Shown here: one piece after another, positions 1 through 9,096 of the stretch
Layout: every line of letters begins with the position of its first letter
How positions within the stretch are numbered: the stretch's first letter is position 1
DNA from: an uncultured Moraxellaceae bacterium
GTDB lineage: Bacteria > Pseudomonadota > Gammaproteobacteria > Pseudomonadales > Moraxellaceae
NCBI GenBank assembly: GCA_964347985.1
Contig: CAYGBB010000001.1
Location: 1-33,837, forward strand
Reading direction: 5' to 3'
Length of the DNA stretch: 33,837 nt
Notes under the pieces: generated by a model
What the model saw: the letters and a program-made list of their open reading frames with translations, nothing else
What the model was told of the DNA's origin: nothing
Database searches by the model: none
Position numbers and translations under genes: made by a program

Positions 1-1
1 G

Positions 2-1114
2 TCCGAGTCCATTCGCAATGCCACACAGTCGCTCGATATTCCGGATGATGTAAAAGCCTGCATTCCCGAAGCCGCTCAAACCCTGCATCGCCTGCTCGGT
101 GCGCAAGGGGATACGGGCCGCTACCGTCACGATGCCGGCAATCCGCTGGCGTGTGATGTGCTGCTGGTTGATGAAGCCTCCATGATTGATCTTGCGCTCA
201 TGCAGGCCGTACTGGCTGCCTTGCCGGATGAGGCGCGCCTGATATTGCTGGGTGACCGTGATCAGCTGGCCTCGGTAGAGGCGGGCAGTGTGTTTGGCGA
301 TCTGTGTGCCAGCGAGGGCATGAGTGATGCACTCAGTCAGGCACTCGCACCCTATGATGTGGCGGTTGCTCCGGGAGTCATCAGCAGCCCCTTGGCAGAT
401 TGCCGCGTGGAACTCACCCGCAGTTACCGCTTTGCCGCCGATAGCGGCATTGGTGCGCTGGCTCGCGCCTCGCGTGCGGGGGATATCACCGGTTTTCTGG
501 GCACACTCGACAGCAGTCCTGATCTTTCACGCTGCAGCACAGTCCAGTTGCGCGAACAGATGCAGCAGGGTTATGCGGCTTATCGTGATGCCGCCAAAGC
601 CGGTGACACAGCCGCAGCATTCGCCGCCTTCCTGAACTTCCGGGTGCTGTGTGCCCATCGTCAGGGCCCCGCCGGCGTCGAAGGCCTCAATGCCCTGATG
701 GAGCCGTCAGGCACCGTCTGGTATGCCGGCCGCCCGGTGATTGTGCGCGCCAATGATTACGCACTGCGCCTGTTCAATGGCGATATCGGTCTGTGTTTGC
801 CTACTGCCGAGGGGCTGCGTATTTTCTTTGAAGCTGCACCCGGGCAATACCGCGTCTTGTCGCCCGGACGCCTGCCGGCACATGAGTCCGCCTGGGCCAT
901 GACCGTGCATCAGTCGCAGGGTTCGGAGTTTGATGAAGTGCTGCTGGTCTTGCCGGAGGTGGTGACACCCGTGCTGGACCGGCCGCTCATCTACACGGCC
1001 GTCACGCGCGCCAAATCACGCTTTGCCCTGTGCGGTGCAGCGCCTGTGCTGGAAGCGGCACTGGCCACGCTGCCGCAACGGGAGTCGGGGTTGGTGGAGA
1101 AGCTGGGTTTATGA
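2..1114 (+). CDS. recD: Exodeoxyribonuclease V alpha subunit RecD, C-terminal part (5' end outside window)
   Basis: The frame is open from the window edge. Helicase motifs VLLVDEASMIDL, LLGDRDQLASVEAGSVFGDL, AMTVHQSQGSEFDEV and IYTAVTRAK closely match those of E. coli RecD. Confidence 0.9.
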   Translation, partial: SESIRNATQSLDIPDDVKACIPEAAQTLHRLLGAQGDTGRYRHDAGNPLACDVLLVDEASMIDLALMQAVLAALPDEARLILLGDRDQLASVEAGSVFGDLCASEGMSDALSQALAPYDVAVAPGVISSPLADCRVELTRSYRFAADSGIGALARASRAGDITGFLGTLDSSPDLSRCSTVQLREQMQQGYAAYRDAAKAGDTAAAFAAFLNFRVLCAHRQGPAGVEGLNALMEPSGTVWYAGRPVIVRANDYALRLFNGDIGLCLPTAEGLRIFFEAAPGQYRVLSPGRLPAHESAWAMTVHQSQGSEFDEVLLVLPEVVTPVLDRPLIYTAVTRAKSRFALCGAAPVLEAALATLPQRESGLVEKLGL

Positions 1115-1217
1115 TTCAGATGATCATGTTGCCGCCGGAACTCCGGCTTGTTTGTGATCCATGCCTGTCAATTGTCGATTTCCGGGGGATATACTCGACC
1201 CGCATGGAGGCCTGCTT

Positions 1218-1853
1218 ATGAAAACCACCCCTGTTACCAGTCTTACGCCCGATGCCCTCGATACGTTGCTGTCCGGCATTCCCTTTTATAAAGACCTGAT
1301 GTTCAACGATCCTGAGCAGATGAAGTTACTGCTGAGCCACTCCCAGTTGTTTGAGCCAGCACCAGGGGAGGTGGTTATCGAGAAGGGTGCCCGGGACAAG
1401 ACGTTCTATTTTCTGCTGTCAGGCATGCTGGCGGTGTATCCCGATGGCAAGAAGAAGGGGCCGGCACTGAATTATCTGTCTGCCGGGCAGATCCTGGGTG
1501 CGCTGTCGTTGCTCTGCAATTCACCACGCACGGCAACATTGGTTGCTGATCCAAAATCCCTCAGGGTGCAATTGTTTGGTGCTGATTTCTCACCATTTGG
1601 TGAACTGACCGACTTCAGCAAGATCAAGCTCTCCACCAAGTTGATTCTGTGGCGCATGGTGATGAATAACACGCGCTGGAAGTTGGGCGTGTACAAAATG
1701 CAGAATCCGGATCATCCCCTGACCGAGGCATTACCGAAGGTAGAGGTTTTTACCGGAGAGAAGAATACTGTTGAAGAGTTGCAGAGCCTGGATCGTCAGA
1801 TCCATCAACTCACAGACCTCATGCAGCAATGGAATGAGGCCTTGAAGGGGTAG
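1218..1853 (+). CDS. Cyclic-nucleotide-binding domain protein with no recognisable output domain
   Basis: GGAGG lies 7 nt upstream of ATG 1218. The segment FYFLLSGML...GQILGALSLL...SPRTATLVA fits the CAP-type cNMP-binding beta-roll. No HTH is visible and the C-terminus looks helical or coiled-coil. Confidence 0.75.
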   Translation: MKTTPVTSLTPDALDTLLSGIPFYKDLMFNDPEQMKLLLSHSQLFEPAPGEVVIEKGARDKTFYFLLSGMLAVYPDGKKKGPALNYLSAGQILGALSLLCNSPRTATLVADPKSLRVQLFGADFSPFGELTDFSKIKLSTKLILWRMVMNNTRWKLGVYKMQNPDHPLTEALPKVEVFTGEKNTVEELQSLDRQIHQLTDLMQQWNEALKG

Positions 1854-1879
1854 GGAGCAAGCAGCTTCCAATTCCCCGG

Positions 1880-2494
1880 TCACGCCACCCAGACAATATT
1901 CTGCCATGGCCGGGGCCTTCTGGCCGCGACACCCCGTAACCACTCACTCAGCAGCAACAAGCCCTCCGGCCAGTCGCCCAGCTCCGAGTCGGCATTGATA
2001 TGGCCTGCTCCATATAGAAGGTGGAATTCGGCCCCCCAGTGGTCAGCGAGTTCAGCCGAACGCCAGGCGGTGCAACAACGGTCATTGTCGCTGCCAATCA
2101 CCAGGGCAGGAAAGGGGAGGCGAGAGACGGGTATTGGCCCGAATCGACGTAATACCGGGGACACGGTGCGGCGTTCTACGTCTGCAGGGGCTACCAGTAA
2201 TGCTCCGGCAACCCGGTGTTGATGCTGTCGGGCCCAGTGAGCAATGGTGACGCACCCCAGGCTGTGGCCGATCAGCAGAACCGGCCTGGTGCATTCGTCG
2301 ATGGCATTGTCGAGTCTGGCAATCCAGTCTTCGCGGTGCGGGGTGTCCCAGTTATTCTGTTTGACCCTGTGAAAATCCGGAAACAGCTGTTCCCAGTGGC
2401 TTTGCCAGTGTTCTGGGCCGGAGTTGTGCCAGCCGGGCAACACCAGCACATCATAGGTATCGAGTTGTTTACGAAGATTGACCGGAATGTGCAT
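1880..2494 (-). CDS. RBBP9/YdeN-type alpha/beta serine hydrolase
   Basis: It has VLVLPGWHNSGPEHWQSHWE at the N-terminus, a GHSLG nucleophile elbow and GHIN near the C-terminus. This is the typical layout of about 190-aa YdeN-family esterases. Confidence 0.7.
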   Translation of the reverse strand: MHIPVNLRKQLDTYDVLVLPGWHNSGPEHWQSHWEQLFPDFHRVKQNNWDTPHREDWIARLDNAIDECTRPVLLIGHSLGCVTIAHWARQHQHRVAGALLVAPADVERRTVSPVLRRFGPIPVSRLPFPALVIGSDNDRCCTAWRSAELADHWGAEFHLLYGAGHINADSELGDWPEGLLLLSEWLRGVAARRPRPWQNIVWVA

Positions 2495-2716
2495 GATGGC
2501 CTCACGATGCAGGTGATGTGAGGAGTTTGGGGCAGGTTGTATATTCTTAAAAATATCTTTTTGTGATTCATATATAACAAATTGTGCTTTATATGATTTT
2601 CCGGGTTGGCAGCAAATGTCCTGTTGTAGTGTCGATGAGTCATTGGGTCTGTCAGGGGAGTGCCTTTACAATCGGCCCTTGAATTATTTTCTGCCATTGA
2701 TTTGCCATGAGGCTGT

Positions 2717-3889
2717 ATGAACAAGCTTGTTGACCGTTCTGTTCGCTTCTACAAAGCCGGCTCTGCGTTTGTGAACAATGCCGTGCAACGCCGTGTGAAC
2801 AAGGCGCGCTACATCCAGGCGGACAAGTCGGATTATGACGTGATCTGCTCGGATGGCCTGATGACTGTCCGCCACTACAAGCCCCTGCCGGCGGGTGCTA
2901 CGGAGCTGATCGATGGCAAGCCCTATGTGGTGCGTCAGCGTCGCTTTGCCATCCCGATTGTGCTGGTTCCACCGTTGGGTGTGTTTGGCTGGATCTTTGA
3001 TCTGCTCGCCGATCGCAGCATGGTCAAGTATTTTCTGGCTCACGGCTTTGCGGTGTACCTGATTGACTGGGGTGCTCCGCGGGAAGATGACAGTGATATT
3101 TCGCTCGAAGATTATGTCTGCCGCTGGTTTCCCAAGGCGATGGCGGCCATTCGCGAGCACAGTGGCAGCGAGCAGCAGTCACTGGTGGGGTATTGCATGG
3201 GGGGCTTGCTGGCATTGATGTATCTGGCCTCCAGCCAGGATGACAAGGTCGAGAATCTGGTGACGATTGCCTCTCCGGTCGACATGCACCGGATGGGTTT
3301 TGCCGGGCCGTTAAGCCGCGTGCTGAGCAAGCCGGTATGGGCCATTGGCAAGATGACGGGGCTCAAGATCACGGAAATGGAACGCCGCTTTTTCCATGTG
3401 CCGGGCAAGCGTCTTTCGCTCATGTTCAAGATGACTAATCCCATGGGTACGGTTTCCAGTTATGTGCAGCTGGTGCGCAACATGGCCGATGACGAGTATG
3501 TGTCGCGCTACATGACCATGAATGAATGGTTTACCAACATGCCGGACTATCCGGGTGCGACCGTCCAGGAAATGATTCGCAAGATGGGTTTGTACAACCG
3601 GATGGCGAAAGGTCGTTTCCGGATCGGAAATCGCGTGGCCGAATTCAAGAGTATCGGTGCCAATTTGCTCGCATTTGCCGGAGATAACGACAAGATCGTC
3701 CCGGTTGCAGCAGCTGAAGCAATCATGGGCGTGGTCAGTTCACCCGACAAGACCTTTCATATTGTGCCGGGCGGGCATGCGGGTGTGTTTACCGGCAGCA
3801 AGGCAGCACATACCACCTGGGCCATCAGCAAGGACTGGCTGGGCGAGCGTTCCTGTCCGGTGGCGGCTGAAATTGCGGCTTCCACCTGA
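2717..3889 (+). CDS. PhaC class III-like alpha/beta hydrolase (PHA-synthase-like, cysteine nucleophile)
   Basis: It has a lipase box with Cys (VGYCMGG), VYLIDWG upstream, GDNDKIVP (Asp) and PGGHAGVF (His). The size and motif order match class III PHA synthases. No phaE, phasin or phaAB genes are nearby. Confidence 0.65.
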   Translation: MNKLVDRSVRFYKAGSAFVNNAVQRRVNKARYIQADKSDYDVICSDGLMTVRHYKPLPAGATELIDGKPYVVRQRRFAIPIVLVPPLGVFGWIFDLLADRSMVKYFLAHGFAVYLIDWGAPREDDSDISLEDYVCRWFPKAMAAIREHSGSEQQSLVGYCMGGLLALMYLASSQDDKVENLVTIASPVDMHRMGFAGPLSRVLSKPVWAIGKMTGLKITEMERRFFHVPGKRLSLMFKMTNPMGTVSSYVQLVRNMADDEYVSRYMTMNEWFTNMPDYPGATVQEMIRKMGLYNRMAKGRFRIGNRVAEFKSIGANLLAFAGDNDKIVPVAAAEAIMGVVSSPDKTFHIVPGGHAGVFTGSKAAHTTWAISKDWLGERSCPVAAEIAAST

Positions 3890-4035
3890 GTCCTGACGGA
3901 TGGTGTCCTGCCTCGGGCAATCCGGGGCATGACACATTCGCTCATGCTCTTCTGCTTTTCCTGTCACTTGATGTCATGCCATCCCTGCGCGGGACCCTAT
4001 AGAATCCGGTGACTTGCTGTTCACGGATACTGCCC

Positions 4036-5076
4036 ATGAGAACGCGCATCACCGAATTGCTGGGGATCACCCACCCTGTGCTGTCCCCGGGAATGACTTA
4101 TGTGTCCAATGCTTATCTGGTGGCCGCAGTATCAAATGCCGGCGGGCTGGGCATTCTGGCGGTTGGCCACCTGACACCAGAGGAAACCCTGTCTGAAATC
4201 CGGCATGTCCGTACGCTGACCGACAGGCCTTTCGGGGTGGGAATCGCCCTGATCATGCCGGGAGCCGTCCAGAATGCGGATATTGCCATCAAGGAAAAGG
4301 TTCCGGTCATCAATTTTTCGCTGGGCAAGGGTGACTGGATCTGCGAGCGCGTACATGCGTATGGCGGCAAGGTCATTGCCACGGTGGTGAATGAAAAACA
4401 TGCGCAGGCGGCGGAACGCTCCGGCGTGGATGCCCTGATCGTGACCGGGCATGAGGCTGCTGCACATGGTGGCGATGTCACTTCACTGGTACTGATTCCT
4501 GCCATACGCCAGATTTCATCATTGCCAATCATTGCGACCGGAGGCTTTGGTACCGGCGGCGGCCTGATTGCTGCACTGGCGCTGGGCGCCGATGCAGTGG
4601 CCATGGGGACTCGCTTTGCCACCTCGATCGAAAGCCCGGTGCATGCCAACACCAAAAAGCTGATCACGGAAAAGTCCGTGAGCGATACCCTCTATACCCC
4701 GAATTTCGATGGTATGCCCTGCCGCATCATGAAGACGCCGCCCGGTATCGAGGCGGCCGCGAAGCCATTGTCCTTGCCTCGTGTCATGTTGAAGGCCCTG
4801 CAGGCTGCTCGTGAACTGGGTCGACCGTTGTCAGGCCTGATCCGTGACCTACTAAAGCAGGGCTTTGCACAGACCCTGCAACTGGCTTATTTTGGCGCGG
4901 CCACGTTGCAGATTCGCAAGGCAGTGATCGAGGGTGATCATGTCACCGGCGTACAGCTTATCGGCCAGGTACAGGGGCTGGTAAAAGATGTGCCCAGTGT
5001 GGACGACATCATGCAGCGGGTGATGCAGGAGGCCGAGGCGGCCCTGGCGGCAGTCGGTTCGCAGGCACAGGTGTAA
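4036..5076 (+). CDS. Nitronate monooxygenase / FabK-like NAD(P)H-dependent flavin oxidoreductase
   Basis: ITELLGITHPVLSPGMTYVSNAYLVAAVSNAGGLGILA and the later IIATGGFGTGGGLIAALALGADAVAMGTRF are hallmark NMO (2-nitropropane dioxygenase) motifs. The start is uncertain: ATG 4036 or GTG 4009. Confidence 0.85.
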   Translation: MRTRITELLGITHPVLSPGMTYVSNAYLVAAVSNAGGLGILAVGHLTPEETLSEIRHVRTLTDRPFGVGIALIMPGAVQNADIAIKEKVPVINFSLGKGDWICERVHAYGGKVIATVVNEKHAQAAERSGVDALIVTGHEAAAHGGDVTSLVLIPAIRQISSLPIIATGGFGTGGGLIAALALGADAVAMGTRFATSIESPVHANTKKLITEKSVSDTLYTPNFDGMPCRIMKTPPGIEAAAKPLSLPRVMLKALQAARELGRPLSGLIRDLLKQGFAQTLQLAYFGAATLQIRKAVIEGDHVTGVQLIGQVQGLVKDVPSVDDIMQRVMQEAEAALAAVGSQAQV

Positions 5077-5166
5077 GCGGGGTTTGTTGCGCTTTTGCTG
5101 TTCCTTTCGCTGTTAATAACTGAGCACTGTCATCGCAGACGGTTGTCACACCAGAGAGCCTGATTC

Positions 5167-5727
5167 ATGGATGCTATTCAAGCCCTGCTTACCCGTCGTT
5201 CGCGCGGTCAGCTTGCCCTTCCGGCACCTCCACGAGAGGTACTGGAAAAGGCGTTCACCTGTGCGTTGCGTGCGCCGGATCACCGGTTGATACGTCCCTG
5301 GCGATTTCTGGTCATCCAGGATGAGGGGTTGGTCCGGCTGGGTGAGGTTTTTGTTTCCGCCTCAATGGCCGACAAGCCCGAACTTGAGGCGGTAGAAATT
5401 GAGCGTCTGCGCAAGATGCCGCAGCGAGCACCACTGATTGTGGTGGCCATCATGCGGCACCATGACGATGCGAAAGTGCCGCGCGATGAGCAGGTGCTGT
5501 CGACGGGGGCTGCAGTCGAGAATTTATTACTGGCCTTGCATGCGCAGGGCTATGCAGCGATGTGGCGTACGGGTCCGTTATCGGCCCATCCGGTGGTGAT
5601 GGCAGCATTGGGGCTGACGGTGGGGGAGACGATTGCCGGTTTTGTTTATATCGGCACGGGAGTGACTGAGCTCAAGCCGCAGGCACCGCTCGCCGTCACG
5701 GATTTTGTGCAGGAGTGGCGCGAATGA
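5167..5727 (+). CDS. ydjA: NAD(P)H nitroreductase, YdjA-like
   Basis: The full length is colinear with E. coli YdjA as I remember it: LLTRRS...LALPAP, RAPDH..IRPWRF.VI, RAPLIVV, KVPR.EQ, W.TG, GF.YIG. Confidence 0.8.
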   Translation: MDAIQALLTRRSRGQLALPAPPREVLEKAFTCALRAPDHRLIRPWRFLVIQDEGLVRLGEVFVSASMADKPELEAVEIERLRKMPQRAPLIVVAIMRHHDDAKVPRDEQVLSTGAAVENLLLALHAQGYAAMWRTGPLSAHPVVMAALGLTVGETIAGFVYIGTGVTELKPQAPLAVTDFVQEWRE

Positions 5728-6191
5728 GTGCGCCTGATCCCAGTGAACTGATGCAACAGGCTGCGAATCAAGTCAGGCAGCTGCATATCGAGATTCCGCT
5801 GACAGCGGCCATGCAGGTATCCCTGCAGTCCTTTGACGGTGCCACACTGGTGCTGCAGGTACCGTTATCGCCCAACGTGAATGACAAGGGCACAGCATTT
5901 GCCGGCAGTATTACCTCGTTGGGATGCATCACGGGATGGACACTGCTGACCCTCTGGAGTGAGCAGGCCACCGGGCAGCATTGCCAGTGTGCGGTGTATG
6001 ACGCGCAGTTTCATTTCAGTCAGCCCCTCAGGGGTGACTTCACTGCGACGGTAAGCCTGCCCGATACGGCGCACTTGCTGGACAGTATCCGGCGCAAGGG
6101 CAAGGGCAAGATATCCCTGGATATCGCCCTGGCCGATAGTGATGGAGTGGCGGCACGGCTGCATGCGCGTTACGCCGTGTGGCGTGCCTGA
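5724..6191 (+). CDS. YiiD C-terminal-type (hotdog-like) thioesterase domain protein
   Basis: ATG 5724 overlaps the upstream stop (ATGA) and AGGAG lies 8 nt upstream. IPLTAAMQVSL.SFDG..L.L.VPL.PN.N.KGTAFAGSI.SL matches the stand-alone YiiD_C family. Confidence 0.7.
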   Translation: MSAPDPSELMQQAANQVRQLHIEIPLTAAMQVSLQSFDGATLVLQVPLSPNVNDKGTAFAGSITSLGCITGWTLLTLWSEQATGQHCQCAVYDAQFHFSQPLRGDFTATVSLPDTAHLLDSIRRKGKGKISLDIALADSDGVAARLHARYAVWRA

Positions 6192-6215
6192 GTTTCTGGC
6201 AGTCAGTATTGACCG

Positions 6216-6866
6216 TCAGGCCGCGCGTATACCGGCAAGACTGAAACGTACAATGTGTGCAGCCAACTCATCAATTTCGGCATCGGTTCGCGGAATTTTT
6301 ATCCCCAGCCTGGTCAGCATTGGCTCGGCCAGTCCATAGTAAAAGCACTGGCTGACCAGGCTGACGGCATGCCGGCTTAACTCTTCCTCGCTCAGCTCCC
6401 GTCCTGCCACTGCAGTCACTACCGAACGGGTGATGGCATGCTGGTGAGTCACAATTTCCTTCACCAGAAAGTCCAGGGCTTCGGTCGGCTCGACAAACTC
6501 ACGCACACACATGCGGGTCGGGCGATCCTTTTCATCGCTGCCCAGTACACGCCGCAGGATGTTCCTGACCAGCCACTGCAGTCGTTCTTCCGGGGTCGCA
6601 TTGGCAGTTTCTGCTGTCTCCAGCGGAAAGTTGGCAATCATCTGCTCTGACTGCGCTTTCATCACCGCCTGATACAGCCCCATCTTGCTGCCAAAGTGGT
6701 AGTTGATGGCAGCAATATTGGCCTTGGCACGGTCGGCAATGTCGCGGATGCGGGTGGCTTCAAAGCCCTCATCGGCAAACAGCGGGGTGGCTGCCCCAAT
6801 AAGGGCGGCACGGGTAGTGGCACTGGAATCGGTGCCGGCAGAAGACAGGGGGCGAATACGGTACAT
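6216..6866 (-). CDS. TetR/AcrR family transcriptional regulator
   Basis: The N-terminal HTH is TRAALIGAATPLFADEGFEATRIRDIADRAKANIAAINYHFGSKMGLY. The size is typical at about 216 aa. Confidence 0.85.
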   Translation of the reverse strand: MYRIRPLSSAGTDSSATTRAALIGAATPLFADEGFEATRIRDIADRAKANIAAINYHFGSKMGLYQAVMKAQSEQMIANFPLETAETANATPEERLQWLVRNILRRVLGSDEKDRPTRMCVREFVEPTEALDFLVKEIVTHQHAITRSVVTAVAGRELSEEELSRHAVSLVSQCFYYGLAEPMLTRLGIKIPRTDAEIDELAAHIVRFSLAGIRAA

Positions 6867-7024
6867 AAAAGGGGGCTGCCGCTATTGATCAATCGATTCA
6901 AACAGTTGATTTAATCTACTGCTTTGTCGTTGTTATGGCAAGTCATTATGCCAATTCGCGGGTCTGGATTAAGCCGGGACAACAGGTTTTCAGGAGGGAT
7001 TAATCTGGGGTTTAACCTGTTGGT

Positions 7025-7942
7025 ATGTACGCCATACCGATGGGTATGCTACAAGATTCAACCTCTTCAATAGATGTTCCTGCTGTCATGAGAGAGCAAT
7101 TGCTTGCTGCCCTGCGTGAAGCGTCGCAACGCCTGTGCCCGGATGTGCCCTCCGAGGAAGAGGTGGCGCGGGTGGCGGGTGTGGATGCGGCCACCGTGAA
7201 AGCGCATCTGGGCCCGGCGGACAACTACATCGCCTTGCTGTCATATCAGAGCCCGGCCTCGGACACCCGTGACCGGATCATTGCCAGTGCCGCCCGGATT
7301 TTCAGCCAGAAAGGTTTTCAGCGCGCCAGCCTTGATCAGGTGGCCGCCGATGCCGGCCTCACCAAAGGGGCCATTTACTGGCACTTCAAAAGCAAGAACG
7401 ATCTCTATTTTGCCCTCCTGGATGCACGGTTCCAGCGTGATACCTCCACCATGCGGGGATCGGTTGCTGAAATGGCCGCGGCGGCAGGCAATACCAGTGT
7501 CGTCAAACTGATGGCCTCAGTGTTCAGTTCCGGACTGGAGCAGGCGACCACGGACCCTGACTGGCCACGATTGTTTGTGGAAGTGATGGGCCAGTCTCGC
7601 GAGCCGGAAGTACGTGACCGTATTGCCCAGTTTTATGAGCAGGGCTGGGATGTTGTCGGGCGTATGGTGCGTGACATGCAGGCGGCGGGATTGATCCGTA
7701 CGGATATCAATCCTGACATGATGGCCACCTTCTGGTTTGCCCTGGGTGACGGGTTGATACTGGCCTGGCTCTCTCAGCCAGACCGGATTGATTTTTCTTC
7801 TCTTGCCGAAGGTATTCTGGACATGATGTGGCGCGGGATTGCGCCGCCCCCCGATACACCCGCTTCTTCCTCCCCGATTCCAGAAAATACGACTTCCGAC
7901 ATTACTCCAGACAAAAACGATACCGGAGCTGCCGCAACATGA
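7025..7942 (+). CDS. TetR/AcrR family regulator with about 80-aa N-terminal extension and Pro/Ser/Thr-rich tail; first gene of the RND pump operon
   Basis: The HTH RDRIIASAARIFSQKGFQRASLDQVAADAGLTKGAIYWHFKSKNDLY begins near residue 83. The stop overlaps the next start (ATGA). The true start is uncertain, with alternative ATGs at 7046 and 7088. Confidence 0.8.
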   Translation: MYAIPMGMLQDSTSSIDVPAVMREQLLAALREASQRLCPDVPSEEEVARVAGVDAATVKAHLGPADNYIALLSYQSPASDTRDRIIASAARIFSQKGFQRASLDQVAADAGLTKGAIYWHFKSKNDLYFALLDARFQRDTSTMRGSVAEMAAAAGNTSVVKLMASVFSSGLEQATTDPDWPRLFVEVMGQSREPEVRDRIAQFYEQGWDVVGRMVRDMQAAGLIRTDINPDMMATFWFALGDGLILAWLSQPDRIDFSSLAEGILDMMWRGIAPPPDTPASSSPIPENTTSDITPDKNDTGAAAT

Positions 7943-9072
7943 ATTACCCCACAGCAAATAACCAGCGCCCGACCTCGATGGTGGCTCTGCTCGCACTGTT
8001 GTCCGTATTCGGTCTTGCCGGTTGTGGTGACAAGAAATCCGAATCTACTGCAGAGGCCGTGGTGGAGGCACCACTGGAGTTGTTGCCTGCTGATGTTGCC
8101 ATCGTGTCTCGAGGCACACTGACGGGTGGATTGCCGGTGACAGGAACCCTGCAGGCGGTGCATCAGACTACCGTGCAGTCGCGAGTGGCCTCCGATATCA
8201 CTGATGTGCTGGTGCGCGAGGGTGAACGTGTGGCGAAGGGGCAGGTACTGGCCCGACTGGGCGTACAGGATCTGGACGCTCGTGTGAAGCAGTCAGAGGC
8301 ACAACTTGCCAGCGCCAGTGTGGAGGCGCAGCTGTCGCGGGCACTGGTAGACCGCAACCGGAAATTGTTTGAAAAGAATTACTTCTCTGAAAATGATTTT
8401 GCCCGTAGCCAGGGTGAGGCCGAAGCCCGTGAAGAAGCGGTTCGTGCCCAGCAAGCCATGGTGGATATTGCCCGCAAGGCGCTGAATGATGCGGTGGTGC
8501 GCGCTCCCATGAGCGGTATTGTGGCCAAGCGTTATGTCGAACCGGGTAGCAGTGTCGGCATGGATGCCCGACTTTTCGAGATTGTGGATCTGGGTGAGAT
8601 GGAGTTGCAGGTATCGGTGCCGGCACCGGAGGTACCGCGTTTGCGTGTGGGCCACCCGGTGAAATTCACTGTGGATGGTTTTGGTACGCGGCGCTTTGAC
8701 GGGCAGATTGCCCGTATCAATCCGGTTGCCGATGCCGCAACTCGCGCAATTGCCGTGTATGTGCGCGTGAAGAATTCCGATGCTGCGCTCAAGGGCGGCA
8801 TGTTTGCCCGTGGTGAAATAGCCTCAGGCTCAGCGGAGACTGCATTGATCATGCCGCTCTCTGCCGTGCGTCGTGGTGACAAGGGCTCCAGTGTATTTGT
8901 CCTGAAAAACGGCAAGCTGGAACTGCGTCTGATTACGCTGGGTGCCGTTGATGAGCGTGCAGGTCAAGCCGTTGTCAGCAGTGGTGTGGCGGATGGAGAG
9001 ACTGTGGTGGTGGCCAGCCTTAATGAACAGGCCGCCAATCGTCCCGCCAAAGTGGTTGCCCTCGGCCAGTAA
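7939..9072 (+). CDS. RND efflux periplasmic adaptor (membrane fusion protein), lipoprotein
   Basis: ATG 7939 gives a signal peptide with lipobox LAGC. The sequence has the HlyD/AcrA-type layout: coiled-coil region, APMSGIV lipoyl motif and beta-barrel. The longer ORF from 7828 runs inside the TetR gene. Confidence 0.9.
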   Translation: MNYPTANNQRPTSMVALLALLSVFGLAGCGDKKSESTAEAVVEAPLELLPADVAIVSRGTLTGGLPVTGTLQAVHQTTVQSRVASDITDVLVREGERVAKGQVLARLGVQDLDARVKQSEAQLASASVEAQLSRALVDRNRKLFEKNYFSENDFARSQGEAEAREEAVRAQQAMVDIARKALNDAVVRAPMSGIVAKRYVEPGSSVGMDARLFEIVDLGEMELQVSVPAPEVPRLRVGHPVKFTVDGFGTRRFDGQIARINPVADAATRAIAVYVRVKNSDAALKGGMFARGEIASGSAETALIMPLSAVRRGDKGSSVFVLKNGKLELRLITLGAVDERAGQAVVSSGVADGETVVVASLNEQAANRPAKVVALGQ

Positions 9073-9096
9073 GCCGCTCGACAGGAGTTAATTGCC

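Noticed and set aside
2520-2716. CRP/FNR-type site (TGTGA...) and a sigma-54-like TGGCAG in the AT-rich divergent promoter region
   Set aside because: There is no matching TCACA half-site at the N6 spacing, and the GG/GC spacing is wrong for sigma-54. Only loosely similar direct repeats (TTGTGnTT.ATAT) remain, which is too weak to call.
2717-3889. Calling this gene a bona fide PHA synthase (phaC)
   Set aside because: Only the catalytic-triad motifs and the size support it, and no phaE or other PHA genes are adjacent. I therefore kept it as PhaC-like with no gene symbol.
7828-7938. N-terminal extension of the membrane-fusion-protein ORF
   Set aside because: This stretch lies inside the TetR coding region in another frame. 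ATG 7939 overlaps the TetR stop (ATGA) and gives a proper lipoprotein signal peptide.
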